DNA of 63,594 nucleotides, filler included, from Klebsormidium nitens (Eukaryota; Plantae; Klebsormidiophyceae): NCBI GenBank assembly GCA_000708835.1. It is 6 parts of 6 records of this genome, joined end to end, with 100 filler letters (N's around TTAATTAATTAA, not from the genome) between each part and the next. Parts side by side here need not be neighbours in the genome. Positions count along the whole stretch, not along the records: positions 16,186 to 29,245 come from DF238077.1; positions 29,346 to 34,893 come from DF237001.1; 4 more parts are not named here. One strand, 5' to 3'. Shown piece by piece: positions 21,522 to 34,348 of this stretch (position 1 is its first letter; each line of letters starts with the position of its first letter). The notes under the pieces were generated by a model. It saw only the letters and a program-made list of their open reading frames with translations, ran no database searches and was not told where the DNA came from. The position numbers and the translations under genes were made by a program.

Positions 21522-24500
21522 TCCAAAAGCTTTGTAGGGACAATTCGAATTTTTACCGGCGTCAAAGGCTGATCCGATTCTCCGATCTGTGGCATTTTCC
21601 GCCGTCCAAGTTCGAAGTTGCGAAAGAAAGACGGAAAATCTTGTGGCCGTGATGAATCAAATTCCAAAATAATTTCCTCATCCACAGAGAGATCGGAAAC
21701 TTGAGCGACAGGATCCGGAACAGCTAGATCAGATTGCACAGAGATGGGGCCTACTAACGGATCAATAATTTCTTTCAAGAAAGGTTCTCGAGGCAGATAC
21801 TCAACGAGGTCCAAAGAGCGCCTATTCCAAATTGACCCGTTTCCGTCCTCAATCTGAGCTTTATTGTGCTGCTGGTCGACCCACTTTACAAACTCATACG
21901 GCCCTTCCCAAGCCAACTGAAACCCTCAAGGCACATCTGGCTTACGCATTGAGACCAACGTTCCTGGTTTGAAGTGCTTCTCAGGGATCGATCCTACGAG
22001 TGTGGTTCCACTTTGCAAAATTCTCCCTTGCTTTCTCTTGGCACTTCTCTATCTGGTTACGGGTCTGACTGTGAATACGAGAGAGAATCTCCAATCTATT
22101 CTGATGTCTTCTTGAGGCGGATCGACTGGTACTTCCAGAGAGTTGGCAGTTAAAAAGAACTCAGAAGGAAAAAGGTGATCGGCCGGTTGAATGGGCTGAC
22201 GGCCAAAGAGACACATGAACGGACTCATTTTAATTGTGTCTTGGTATGTGACATTGTATTGAATCGTGAGCTTCGACACATAGGCAGGCCAGTCAAGCGG
22301 GCGTTGATGACACATGGCTCTAAGCGTGGACTTAATGATTGCCATGACTCTTTCGACCTGACCGTTGGCTTTTGGGTTCCTTGTGAGGCTGATACGGACT
22401 TGGGTCATCCCTAACCTTTTCAAACACTCCGAAAATTCGCCATTGAACTCACTGCCTTAATCTGTAACGACTTCGAAAGGACAGCCTTGGCGCTCCAAAA
22501 TCTCGTCTCCAAAGGCTTTTGCTACAGTAGAGGCTTCCTTATTAAAAATGACCTTCGTGAACGCATACTCTGTTACGAAGTCAACACAAACCATGTTGAA
22601 CTTTTTTTGTTCTGGTGCGATCTTCAAACGGCCCAGTCAAATCCAAATGCACACGGAAAAGAGGACTAGTGGGTGGGGGCGGATTTAAGATTCGGTCATT
22701 TCTCTCCCTTTGGCCCGCTTTCTCCTTTTGAAACTCGTCACAAGTGGCAATAAACTGCTTGGTCACTTCAGTCAGCTGCGGAAAGAAAAACCGCTCACTC
22801 ACCTTTGTTCGGAACTTGTGCTGATCCTTTGGATAGTGGGCCCAGTCTTCGTGCACCTTTTGAAGAACGGAAAACAGCTCACCTTCCCAGAGAACGCGCA
22901 AAGCTTTGCTTGGGTTTTTCTTGTGCAACTGGCCGGCTATCAAAGTAAACTTCCGGGCTTTTCATCTAAAACCTTGGCGGGAGACTTTATTAGAATACCT
23001 TCCGGCAGCGATTGGGTTTGAAGAAAGTGCTCAATTTCGTGCAAAAACTTATATTGTTGCTTTCGAAATTCACTTTTCTGCTCGTGGGTATACTGATACT
23101 TACTCTTGGGAGCTGGGGTTGATACTTGAGCGGAAGACCCTCCGGCGTCCGCTCGCGCGGGCCCCACTCCTCCGGGTTGAGCAGCGCTGCCATCTCTTGA
23201 CGCTTGGGCAGCTACAGCTCCGGTTGTTTGGCCGAGTGATCCACTGGTTGCGCCGACTCCCGATCTGGGGCTGCTGCTGGCCAATCGAATTGTCGCTCCA
23301 CTAGTTGGCGGGGGTAAGGATCCGGAAGTTGTTGGGAGAGTTGCCATGCCTGCTAGCTGTAGGGGACAAAGAACAACTTGGCCAATCAATCATGTTCCAG
23401 ATTAGCCTAGTAGGTCGATCTTTGAGATGAACAGCTACGGCTCGGGACAATGCGTCTGCGTTTAGATGGCTCCTCCCTTCTCGATGCTCTATTATGAAAT
23501 TAAAGTCGGCTTGAATGGTGTACAGCCACCGAGCTAGTTTACCAGAAGTGGGGTTAAGAGTTTTGATCCAGGTTAGCGCTCGATGATCGGTTCTGATAAT
23601 AAACTCAGGTCGCCCTCTAAGGTACACGGAAAAACGTTTGAGACCAAAAATGATGGCTAGTAGTTCCCCTTCGGTGGTAGAAAGTCTTTGCTCTATTGGA
23701 TTTAAAGTGCGAGAGGCGTATTCAATTACTTGTCCACGCCTTCGATCTGGACTCTTCATACCTAAGATAGCTGAGACAACATTCTTCTGATAATCCGTGT
23801 CCAAAACGAGCGTCTTATTTGGATCGTAACAAGTCAGAACGGGGTAAGAACAAAGCGCTTCTTTCAGAAAATCAAAAGACTCTTGACAGGGTGGGGACCA
23901 GACGAACAACTCCTTTTTAGACAACAACTTTGTCATTGGCCTAGCAATATGCGCAAACTTTGGAATGAACACTCGATAGTACTGCAGAAGACCAAGAACC
24001 TGCTGAAGTTCCTTAACAGTTGTGGGCGGCAAAAGCTTCTGAACGGCTTCGGTTTTCCGTTTACTCATTGTCATCTTCCCCCCTGAAATAACGTGCCCAA
24101 GAAACTCAACAAACTCAACTCCAAACTCGCACTTGCTAGGGGCCAACTTTAACCCGGCCCAAATCAACCGACTGAGAACCCGATCTAGATGTCGGACTAG
24201 CAAGATCCTGAACATTGTCTGCAAAGACACACATATCATCGATAAAGACTTTCAGAAAAGCGCCCCAGTCTAAAGGTGGAAAAATCATCTCTTGAAGACG
24301 GGTAAACGTGGCGGGAGAATTCTTTAACCCCATGGGCATCACTAACCACTCAAACAAACCCAGGTTTCTAAGACAGAAAGCGGTGTACTGGCGGTGCTCT
24401 TCTTTCATTGGAACGTTGTAAAAGCCGCTTGTAATGTCCATCGTGGCAAAATATTTGCCTCTGCCTAGTTGTTGCTGTAAGTCAGTCATAAAAGGCAAAG

Positions 24501-24777
24501 GCATGGACCAGGACTTGGTTGCAGTGTTCAGCTTTCTATAATCAACAACAAGTCTGAAAGTACCGGGCTCCTTTTTGGGCACTAGAAAGGCGGGACTGGA
24601 CCATGGTGACTTACTTGGTTGAATCTGCCCTTCCTTGATCAGCGTCTGGACGTAATTAGCCGCGAACTGCTGCTCCTGGAACGAAAGTTTAAAGGGTTTC
24701 AGCTTAACTGGGGTATTGTTAACCAGGTCAATCTCGTGCTCAATCAGGGTCGTGTAGCCTAAATCGCCTTTGTTTCT

Positions 24778-25808
24778 GAGAAGGTGGCAATGAAGGGTGA
24801 ATAATGTCAAGTTCAGCCTTCATTTTAGCCTTCTTTATTACAAGATGTGTTTTTTTGAAACCCGCTATAGGTTAGCGTTAATTAACCTTTCATTGTTTTA
24901 ACCCGGGTTCTAGAATGAATGAACGCGAGCTATGCTTTCATTCACTTTCACTTTCACACATATTATGATGACGTCATCAACCCTCCCTCCCTCCTTCCCT
25001 TGAAATGTCCTTCTTCATTTCTCATTTTTTTACTTTTCTAAAATGATGACGTGGCACAAAATGAAGAAAAGAAGAATGAAGAAAGCAGTCCACAGGGGGG
25101 CGGACCCTGATTCCGGGTATAGGCTTTCCGCTCTAAGTCATTCTATCCTAGAACTGCCTTCTTCATTCTTCATTTCTTCATTTTTGTTCTGGGATGCTGA
25201 CGCACCGATGACGTGGCAAAATGAAAAAATGAATATTGAAGAAGGGTTGTTCAAGGGGGAGGAGGGTCCCGGGTGATGACGTGGCAGAAAATGAAGAAAT
25301 GAGGAATGAAGAAGAGGAGTTCAAGGGGGAGGAAGGTGCCGGGATGATGGCGTGGCAGAAAATGAAGAAATGAACAATTAAGAAGGCTTGTTCAAGGGGT
25401 AGGAGGGTCCCGGGATGATGACGTGGCAGAAAATGAAGAAGTGAACAATGAAGAAAGGGTTTTAAAAGGGAGAAGGGTCCCCGGATGATGACGTGGTAGA
25501 AAATGAAGAAGTGAACAATGAAGAAGTGGCTTAGAAGTGGAGAAGGGTCTCGAGATGATGACGTGGCAAAAAGTGAAGAAACGAACAATGAAGAAGGGTA
25601 GTTTAAGGGGTGGGGGGTTGGTCTATGATGACGTACGGCAGAAAGTGAAGAAAAGAAGAATGAAGAAAGGGGTTCTAGATAGGGGTAGGAGGGTACCTAT
25701 ATATAGGTATATGGGTATACGTATATGGATATAAGGGTATAGGCCTTATATGAAGAAATGAATGAATATGAGAAAGTGTAATATTGCCTTGGACATTGCC
25801 ATTTTGTC
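24778..25808. mobile_element. 1031-bp non-autonomous DNA transposon with 8-bp TSD, inserted in pol
   Basis: TTGTTTCT at 24770-24777 and 25809-25816; imperfect TIR GAgAAggTGGCAATG / GAcAAaaTGGCAATG. Removal restores AFSRNKGDLG. Internal ~70-bp tandem array. Confidence 0.85.
25200..25660 (+). repeat. ~70-bp purine-rich tandem array with a GATGACGTGGCAGAAAATGAAGAA core
   Basis: About seven regularly spaced units (cores near 25207, 25274, 25344, 25416, 25486, 25556, 25626) plus earlier degenerate ones. Confidence 0.9.
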
Positions 25809-27073
25809 TTGTTTCTACTGAAAGCTTTGATATTCCGCTTAACCACTTCCTGCAAAAGGGTCTTCTCTTCAAGAGACAAAGACTTCCCAATCGTTATGGT
25901 CTCAAGAATCTCATCAACGTCTTTTTCCGTGTAATCAGACGTTTGAACCGCTTCTTGAGTATAGAATTCAGCAGTTGAATCCGTGCACACTTCTATCTGA
26001 ACACGAAGTAAGGTTTCAGGTGGATCGGAAACATTTTGGGGGTAGAGCCAAGTAAACTCTCCTATCTCCGGATTCTGGACGGCTTTTCTAGCTTTTTTGA
26101 GTATTCGTTTTACTTGAGCATTCTTTATTCCGTTCTTTCTGCACCATATCTTGACGACATCTAAATCCCTACTTCAGCGAATCTTCACCCCGTACAGAAA
26201 CGGACGAGAAGATTGAGATTCCGAAGAGAAGTTCAGCCGTTGTCCCGAAACTGACGGCTCGGGCCCACTCCGTTTTTTGACTCACAAAGCACAGAGAAAA
26301 CATGTGGCTTATCAACCCAAGCGCACTCAAGAGCATCTAGTTGAGTCACGAACAGAAAAGAATCATCTCGAAGACCGGTCACAATCAGCCGGAACTTCGT
26401 GAATCATTGGCACTTTGACTACCGCTCCTCTCAAATGAAAGACGACTTCCGGAGAACTTCTAAGAAGATCAGTCCGTAAGGGTCCCATGACGTCATTCGC
26501 AACCATCATGTTGTAAGGGCAATTCTTTGGCATAACTATCATAGTTGTTTTGATTTTCAGCCTTCCTATCTTCAAATGAACCAGCACTTTCCCCTCGGCA
26601 GTGTAAACAGTCCCAGAAGAAGTCCTGTACGTCATTCTAGTTGGCCGAATTTCATCACCCCAACCGGCCTCAAAACAAACTGACTTTGGGATGCCTGAAA
26701 AAGTCGCACCCGAATTTAAAGTGATCACTCGGTTCTTGAGCTTACCTATGTCAGCAAAAACCTCGGTACGAATGGGGAAGGAGTCACGTGGTTCGTCAGC
26801 TAGGTCCGCTCGCATGTACTGTGCTTCCTTTGACAATCCAGGAGAAGTCCGTTCAGGCAAGAACGTTTCTAGGGCGGGACGTTCATTCTCGGAGCATTTG
26901 AGGCTTACAAAAGATTCTTCTTCTTGACCTTCACCAAAGAGAACGGGAGTGGGATCGGAAGTTCCTTTTCCTCGCGAAGCTTTCCTGGTCTTCCGATTAT
27001 AGAAGAGAACTTTGTCAATATACCGATGCAAATCAGTCCGGAAGTGTCTGATGTGCTTATGGGCGACTAAACC

Positions 27074-29047
27074 TCATTGGCAAGGACTTAAAAGATTGCG
27101 AATGATCCCGCCATTCTGCTCAGAAAGTATTTCACGATTCTTGGCTCGAGTTTCTCTTCGTCTCCTTTTCTCTTCCTCAGTTAAAGGGTGCAAAACGGGC
27201 TTAACAGGTTCACGCCATCTAGGAAGGGTATTGGGGTCTCGCTTTTGTGACTTGTTTGTACCTTCCTCTGAAGCTTTAGCATTGTCACGACCTCTCTTTT
27301 GTGCAAAGGCATCTTCTACGTCATCATCATCAGAAGAAGAAGAAAGATAAACCGAGTCAGAACTAGACTGATCGCTTTCTTCCTCGTAAGCATAACCATC
27401 CTCGGTCGACACCTCAACCGGCCAATCCCGAAAAGAGTCCGAGTCCTCTGCTTCCAAATAGTGCTGATCAAAACCTTCAAGATAGTGTGAGGCGGCCCTC
27501 TGAGGATTTTGGGGGCATTCATTTCGATGTCTCCTCCAAAAACGGCAGCAATTGAAGAAAGGAAACTTCGGCGGGTTTCTAAAATCTCGTAGACCATGAC
27601 CCAATTCCCCACAGGCAAGACACGGGCGAGGACCATCTTGACTCGGGAAACCAGAACTTCGATTCGCAACAGGCTTTGTTTCGGAAGGCTTTGGCTGAAG
27701 ACTTGAAGGAACTTGAGAAGGAGTCACAGGCGAAGTGACTATTCCAGCCGGGGACGACCACCTTCCAGTTCTTTTTGAGCGGACCAGAGATCAGCCACCG
27801 ATCGCCGCAAATTCGAAACCTCTTTGCCCATTTCCTGCTGCTGACCGGGCAGGGACGTGTACATATCTTCAACCTTTCGAGCAATCTCAATAGCATCAGA
27901 AAGATCAGAGGGATGACCAGCAAAAGTATCTTCGCGAAGACCCATATTGAGATTTCTAACGAAATATTCCATTTCCCGTTGGGGACTGATTCCTTCTAGC
28001 TGCTTGAAAACCCTTTGCATTGTGGTAGCATATTCACAGAAGCATCACCTTGCTGATGATTGATCATTTCCAAATAGAGCTGATCTTGATTCTTTTCTCC
28101 ATATTCTCTCAGAAACGCTCTTCTAAATTGAGGCCAAGTTTGATTATCAGGTTGTATTTCAGTCCACTCCCTAGCTTTTTCCGTACACAAAAGTCTGGCC
28201 AAAGCTACCATTTGATTTTCTGCCATGTTGTACAGAGTAGGACTCTGTTCGAGATCAGAAATTCAAGACTTGGCACCCAACCCTTTCCTCTTGCCATCAA
28301 ACTTAGGAAGATACTGCAGAGAGGGATAGCTTGCCCTTCCTCCAGTATAACCAGAATTCCTAGAATTCCCAGAAACAACATGTCGGGGACCGGCCAAAGA
28401 GGGTGGAAATACAAATGGACTTGGCACAGAACCAGGCGGAAAAAAGGGATAACTTGGTGGTGTAGGCCATGATGCAGTTGAAGGGGCACTACCTGATGGA
28501 AATAAGCCATTTGAAACAGTGAAAGATGGTTCCGCAGAAGTTGATGGTCTAGGCATGCCAGAAGCAAAATTTGCCTGAGGCAAACCAGGTTGACTGACAG
28601 CTTGGGAAAAACTAGACAAAAAGGGAGAAGCTTCTTGTTGCATGGTAGAGACATATCGAAGAGCTTATAATCTACCAGGCCCCAATCCCTCAAATTGAAC
28701 GTCAGAAGTGGGCCGGATTGAACCGGTACGCATACTTTTGATATGACCATGGTAGACCAAAAGGCTGGTTTGACAACGGAGGAACACTAGTGACACAAGA
28801 ATCAATCATGGTGGCTGTTGTAGCATTGATCAAATTAGCATTGGCCAAGGGCGAAGTTCTAAAATCATGCTGAAAAGGCACTCCAGGCTGACTAGGGGCA
28901 GTATTTGCACTGGACAAGGGACAAGTCTGTGAATTGGTAGGGGCGAAAGAAGGTCGAACCGCGTCTTTTCCAAAAGGCTGACGACCGACTCCATCCTTTA
29001 GCATTTCTAACTCTTTCTCCTTGACTAAAAGAACTTCCATGCGTGCT
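27074..29047 (-). pseudogene. gag: Gypsy gag body, frameshifted
   Basis: Retrotransposon-gag-like segments (KAREW...TWPQFRRAFLREYG; YFVRNLNMGLR) and zinc knuckle CLACGELGHGLRDF (last Cys mutated). Confidence 0.85.
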
Positions 29048-29245
29048 AAGCAGACAGGCATTACGGTAAGACCTACTGCTCAGACTGTACGTTTGGCAGA
29101 TGACGTCGTTGGTGAGATCCTTGGTGAAGCAACTGTGTATGTTCAGTTGGGAGCGTTTCACAAGCCTGTGAAGTGCTACGTTATGAACTTGTTTTTCGAG
29201 GTTGATGTCATTCTTGGTGACGAGTTCATGACCAAGTATGATTGC
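29044..29245 (+). mobile_element. pol: Host Ty3/Gypsy aspartic protease, 3' half
   Basis: AKQTGITVRPTAQTVRLADDVVGEILG...DVILGDEFM continues the protease broken at 16414. Confidence 0.85.
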
Positions 29246-29345
29246 NNNNNNNNNNNNNNNNNNNNNNNNNNNNNNNNNNNNNNNNNNNNTTAATTAATTA
29301 ANNNNNNNNNNNNNNNNNNNNNNNNNNNNNNNNNNNNNNNNNNNN

Positions 29346-29363
29346 TTCAAAATGACCTTACCC
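29346..29363 (+). mobile_element. Right end of a Tourist-like MITE (same family as 41807-41990)
   Basis: TTCAAAATGACCTTACCC followed by TAA, identical to 41973-41993. Confidence 0.65.
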
Positions 29364-29425
29364 TAAGCCGGTTGTCAAAAGGCTCCGTTGGACGCAATGA
29401 CGCAGATGTACAGCGGGCAAAAGGT

Positions 29426-29524
29426 TGGACGAGAAGGGTATCGATCCCTTTACCTCTCGAAGGCCAGTGACGTCACGTTGTGGTCATTGCGAATCGAGCG
29501 CTCTACCATTTGAGCTACACGCCC
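29426..29524 (-). tRNA. trnA-CGC: tRNA-Ala(CGC) with a 26-nt intron at 37/38
   Basis: GGGCGTG acceptor with G3:U70, D-arm GCTC-AAATGGTA-GAGC, anticodon stem CTCGA/TCGAG with CGC, T-arm AAGGG-ATCGATA-CCCTT, downstream TTTT. One U6-U67 mismatch. Confidence 0.9.
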
Positions 29525-29923
29525 TTGTTCGTCTGCGTGGTTCTACCACATTTAAAACTATACACTTTAAATAACCTAAAAAATGTCCACTCCTGCACGA
29601 AGTCGGCATGTGTGTACCGGTACATGTTTTCCGACCCCTTTTCTACCCCTAAAACCGGGGGGCTGCGCCCCCCCGGGCCCCCCCCGCTTTTTCCTCTGAG
29701 TCTTTGGCCCCTTGCCACTGTTGGGCCTTTTTGCCAACTTGCCCAATGCCAATTTGCAATGGATGAAACACACAGCATAGGAAGAGAAAGGCGCTTTGAA
29801 GAACCCAAGCTGAGACTACTGGGTGTATACTTTTGGCAGAGATTTCTGCAAAGCAGCTAAAGGGGCCGTCCCAGACGGTTGGTGTCTGGAAGGGCAAACA
29901 CTGCATTGGCGGGCGCCACGACA

Positions 29924-32874
29924 ATGGTGTGCATACGGCAAGCAACGGTGAGGATCAAGGCGAAGCGCACCCTTCTATAACAAAAGGAGGTGACGAATCA
30001 ATCTGGGCAGATGGAGCGCTCAACAATCTTTACCACCTTTGGCTTTTTATCATGCTTCAGCGTGCTTACGTCGAGGCGCAATGCATCAAACCCCCGATAC
30101 AAACCCTGACTCAGCTTGCCAAGTGACTTTTGTGTGATGCAGTGTGAGGACCTGATTGCTATGCAGAGCTGTAACCTGATGTGTCTGCCGGAGAACTATC
30201 AAATGAAGGTGGGTCTTAATGACTTTGACTGTAGGAGGGCTATGCAGTGGTGGCAGATGGGCAACCTCCAGCTAAAAAGTTGGTTATGCCTGAAATCTTC
30301 CATCTAATTATGAGCACCATATGCGCTGCCCTTGCTCTTGATTTGTCACTTATCAAAGTTTCCGCCATGTTTTAGTCTTCAGTTATCCGTCTGCCATCAT
30401 GATGAAAGGTCAGCAGGTGGACGTTTGACCACTTTCCGATGAGTATTGAGGCAGGAAAAGTAGTAAGCGCATCATGAGTGGGCACCTACTCTTTCAGCCA
30501 AACTTCTGTCTAAATGCTGCCATTGGGCTGTGCAAAGGCACATCTTGCTACATGCGCGTCAGTTCGAGCGGGCTCAAATGCCTAGGAAGACCTCAAAAAG
30601 TAGCTGGTGACGCGGCCGCCCGGTTGTGGCAAAGCTCTCGTTCACGCACTTGCTGCACATATCACGATCATTTTTGGAGATAAAAGCTATACCATCCTAG
30701 TATGCCCTTCTGCCCCTGTTCCTGACTTGCTGCCGTGCGCCGTGCTGCCCTCTGTTGACACCTGTCATGCGTGGTGCAGTACTACTTGTACCACATTCTG
30801 TCCTGGCCCCAGCTGCTGTATGTTGCGGAGGACTACAACAACAAGATTGTGGGCTACGTCCTCGCCAAGATGTGAGTGGGGCTTTGAAATGCTAAGCGCA
30901 GAGTCTGTCAAACAGTGTTGTGCATGTTCAACCACTTAGAAACTTGGCGCCACCGGTTGGCTATGAAAACTGCGAACACGCGGTGTGCCCTGACGTCTAA
31001 GCTGGTTTTTAGATGCTATCAGATCCGCCTGCCTTTGCCCTGTTGGCCCCCAATTGCTGTGTGCTTCCCGACTTCGCCCGTTGCCTCACTGGCCGCTGTA
31101 CGTGCAGGGAGGAGGAGACGAGCGAGTGCCACGGCCACATCACGTCCCTGGCCGTGCTGCGCACCCACCGCAAGCTGGGCCTGGCCACCAAGCTCATGAG
31201 CGCAGCGCGTAAGCGAGGCTACCCTGAACCTGAATTCTTGGAATCCTTAACGTCTTTGACTTGAGGGGGTGCAGCCTTGAGTGAGTTGCAACACTGTTTT
31301 TCTGAGTCCATAGAGCACAAGGTAGGAAATGACCTGCTGCAATTTTCTTGTGCAGAGCGTGCGATGGAGGAGGTGTTTGAGGCAGAGTACGTGTCGCTGC
31401 ACGTGCGCAAGAGCAATCGTGCCGCCTTCCATCTCTACACCGAGACGCTCGGATACAGGTGCGTATTTCCAGGCCCCTCTGTCACATCCAGAACGGGAAG
31501 GCCACTCGTGTAAGTTAGCAGCACCTGCAGATGGTGGCAAGAGTCCTCGGTGCATCGCCCGTTTCAGTGCTTTGTTTTCGTAAGGGTTGTCCGGGCACAT
31601 GTTTCTAAAGGGTTCAAGCTCCGGTTTTCAGGAACCGGAGTCAAGGTGTTTGGTCAGGTCGTCGTGATAGATTGGAGTGCAAACACAACCCTCGGAGATG
31701 CCAGTGGACGCATCCCGAGGGACATGCAGCGTTTGAAACTTGGCAGCCCTCGTCAGCTGCAACATACTGGGATACCGTGGCTTTCAGGCTGTTGAAAGAG
31801 TAACACGTTTTTCGAGGATTTGGGTGCATAACAGGAATCTTGTGCTTAAGCCATTATTTTCCACCACCAAGCCTTGCTGAAGAATGTCAATGGGCCCTGG
31901 TCAAAGTACCGCACCGATGTGCCCTGCGCTGGCGTACTCCCCTGCACTTTGCGTTGGTGGCTGACATTCTGCTACGACCCTGCGCGCAGGATCAATGACA
32001 TTGAGGCCAAGTACTATGCGGACGGGGAGGATGCATACGACATGCGCAAGTACTTGCGGGGCAAGCCGCCACAGGGTGAGCCTGCGCGCTTGGGCTGCTT
32101 CTGCAGAGTGCATCATAGGGCCTTCTCTGGGCAGCCAAGCTCTTCCCAGTACATTGCATATCTCTATCCGTAGGAAGAAACGTCCGCATACGGCTCAAGC
32201 CTGCCGTCTGGCATGTGGAAACGGAACGAGTCTGACAGGAGCATGAGCGTGTTACTGACCAGGGCAGGAAACGCAATTCAAACAAGTTCAAGAAACAGGT
32301 CCTGTCAAACCGATGGAGAAGCAACCTGTCAATTCCGCTGTCGACCAAGATTTTCAACATGTCGAGGTCTCCGGTTTGCCTGAACCTTCCTGTGTCGCCA
32401 GACAACGCGCTGGTTGCTGGCTGAAGGTTGCTGACTTAGTTGGAACCCGAGTGCTACGTATTAGCGACTGATTTATTCTAGTTCCCAATCTTGCCATGCG
32501 TTCGGTGGTTCTTTGCAGATGCACGGCCTGCTGACGACTCTTTATCACTCTGATCTACTTCAGGTGCCAAGAAGGACAAGAAAGCGCTGCCAGCGCCAGC
32601 GCCAAACTCTGAAAAGAACAGTAAGCAGAGCTCACGAGAGGAGCCCGAGAATGCGGAGAAAGCAGGCGGCACGCCTGAGCCTAGAAGTAGCACCGCAGGT
32701 GAGGCCGAAGAGCTGGAAGACAGTCTGCCAGGATTGAGCGAGTCGACTCGAAGTGGGAACGACGTGTTTGCAGAGTCGCGAGACAGTTCCTTGGGCGCCT
32801 CGAGCATAACGGACAGCGAAAGTAAGGGGGCTTCTAAAGCGAAGGGAAGAGAAGCTGCTAGAACACCCTCGTGA
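29924..32874 (+). CDS. NAA10: N-alpha-acetyltransferase 10 (NatA catalytic subunit, ARD1), 7 exons
   Basis: Exons 29924-29947, 30143-30208, 30780-30871, 31108-31208, 31356-31458, 31990-32075 and 32564-32874 splice in frame: MVCIRQAT...[34 protein letters not shown]...[23 protein letters not shown]...[12 protein letters not shown]...[12 protein letters not shown]. Confidence 0.97.
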
Positions 32875-34348
32875 AAAGTCTGCCATGCAAGCTTTGCATC
32901 ATCCTCTCTTGATGACAAGACGTTGGAAGGTCACCTCTTGGAACCGCATCGACAGCCCACTATATGGTCGCGGAGGCGATCGACATTGCAAAGGCGCCAC
33001 CTGGGACTGAAAATTCCATGCTTCAGAGGGCCTGAAGTTTTTGAAGCCTGAGACATACAATCAACGTAGCGACTTTTCATGACCGTGGTCAATTGTATAG
33101 ACGACGCAGAAATGAACTCGAGATCGTGATATTTGCGATCTGTCACGCTCCAAGAACGTACAAGGCTCCATGACACCAATACTTATATTGCATGAATGTT
33201 TCAGAATTGTTTTAGGAGCAAATGCGAGCTCCGAAAAAAGTTATGTTTACTATTTCAATCCGAGGGCAGGCCCTGGCCGTCACTTTGTCGGAAGTGGCCG
33301 CGCACGTACGTGACCCCCTCACATTTACAGTACATGTCAGCACATAATGGCAGTACGTCATGCTTGATCGAGTGCTGCCCACGATCATTGCATTGAATCC
33401 TTGAGTCCGGCTCGGCCATTCGTAATCATATCATAAGCACACCGGTCTAGGTTTGATGGGGCCGGCCCGGCCGGACGGTTCACTCTGATCGGCAATTCAT
33501 GCATGGGAAAATTTGCATGTTGATCGCGTGGCCGCCGGCCCGCCGAGCGATCTTATGTGCATGGTACGTACGTCGATCGGCCCGAGCTGAGCAGGCCAGC
33601 GCGAGCTGGCCCGGCGCATGCACGGCGGACGCTACATACTTAAAGTCGGTTGTCAATTGACGTATATATCTTTTTGTCTGCAGCAATCGAGTTAATTGCT
33701 TATGTTAACGTGCCAATTACTGGCATGATCGACGATGCGCCATGTGCGCGCTCATGGAACATGCACCCAAATGTACAAGCTTGATCTAGCTTTGATCGAA
33801 ACGCCATATTGAATGATCGAACTCAATTCTTTAACATCAATGGGTCAGTGCATAGGCCAAAGCCTTCCCACAAGTACTTCCATAAGTCCATATATGCAAA
33901 TAAAATTGGTCAATGCCGGCGGGAGTTTTTTGAAACGCCGTCCACCATCTGTCACACTGTTCAAATTGATGGTCTTCTTTCAAACCGTGAAACCGACGCG
34001 GCTCTTCAGCCAGTTCGGTCACTAGGCTTCTCATGATTCTTAGCACACATGATTCTTAGAAAGGGACGTACCGTATTGTAGGTCCTACGGTATATGTATA
34101 ACGGTAACCTGGCATACCGGCAAAAAATGGACAATTACAAAGGGATTCGACCCCACAACCACATGACAAGATGGTATCGACGCCCGGCCGGTGAATCTTA
34201 AATGATAGCAGCACGGTCGACGGTTCGGTTGATACGACCGTGTACGTACGGTCAGTAACTGGCAGTGGCGCTACTAACTGCAGCTAGTTAATTCAGAAGC
34301 TTTAATTCAATCATGGCGTACCTCCGCCAGCTACCAGGTTTCATAGGG

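Larger units (their letters stand above)
21518..27031 (-). pseudogene. pol: Gypsy pol (PR-RT-RH-IN), frameshifted and interrupted
   Basis: PR LNSGATFSGI (D>N); RT SPWSSPAFLVPKK, FRLVVDYRKLN, FIDD; RNase H LDTD / ELLAII / TDHRAL; integrase HHCC remnant, VHLDLTGPF, NGQVER. Confidence 0.95.
16411..29047 (-). mobile_element. Circularly permuted Ty3/Gypsy LTR retrotransposon (~12.6 kb including a 1-kb insertion)
   Basis: Order on the minus strand: gag body, protease, RT, RNase H, integrase, extra ORFs, one LTR-like region, then the gag start. TGCT at both ends (16411-16414, 29044-29047). Confidence 0.8.

Noticed and set aside
29480-29860. ORFs overlapping the tRNA/NAA10 promoter region
   Set aside because: Spurious; they overlap a tRNA gene and divergent promoter DNA.
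32478-32918. 146-aa minus-strand ORF
   Set aside because: Antisense shadow of the NAA10 last exon.
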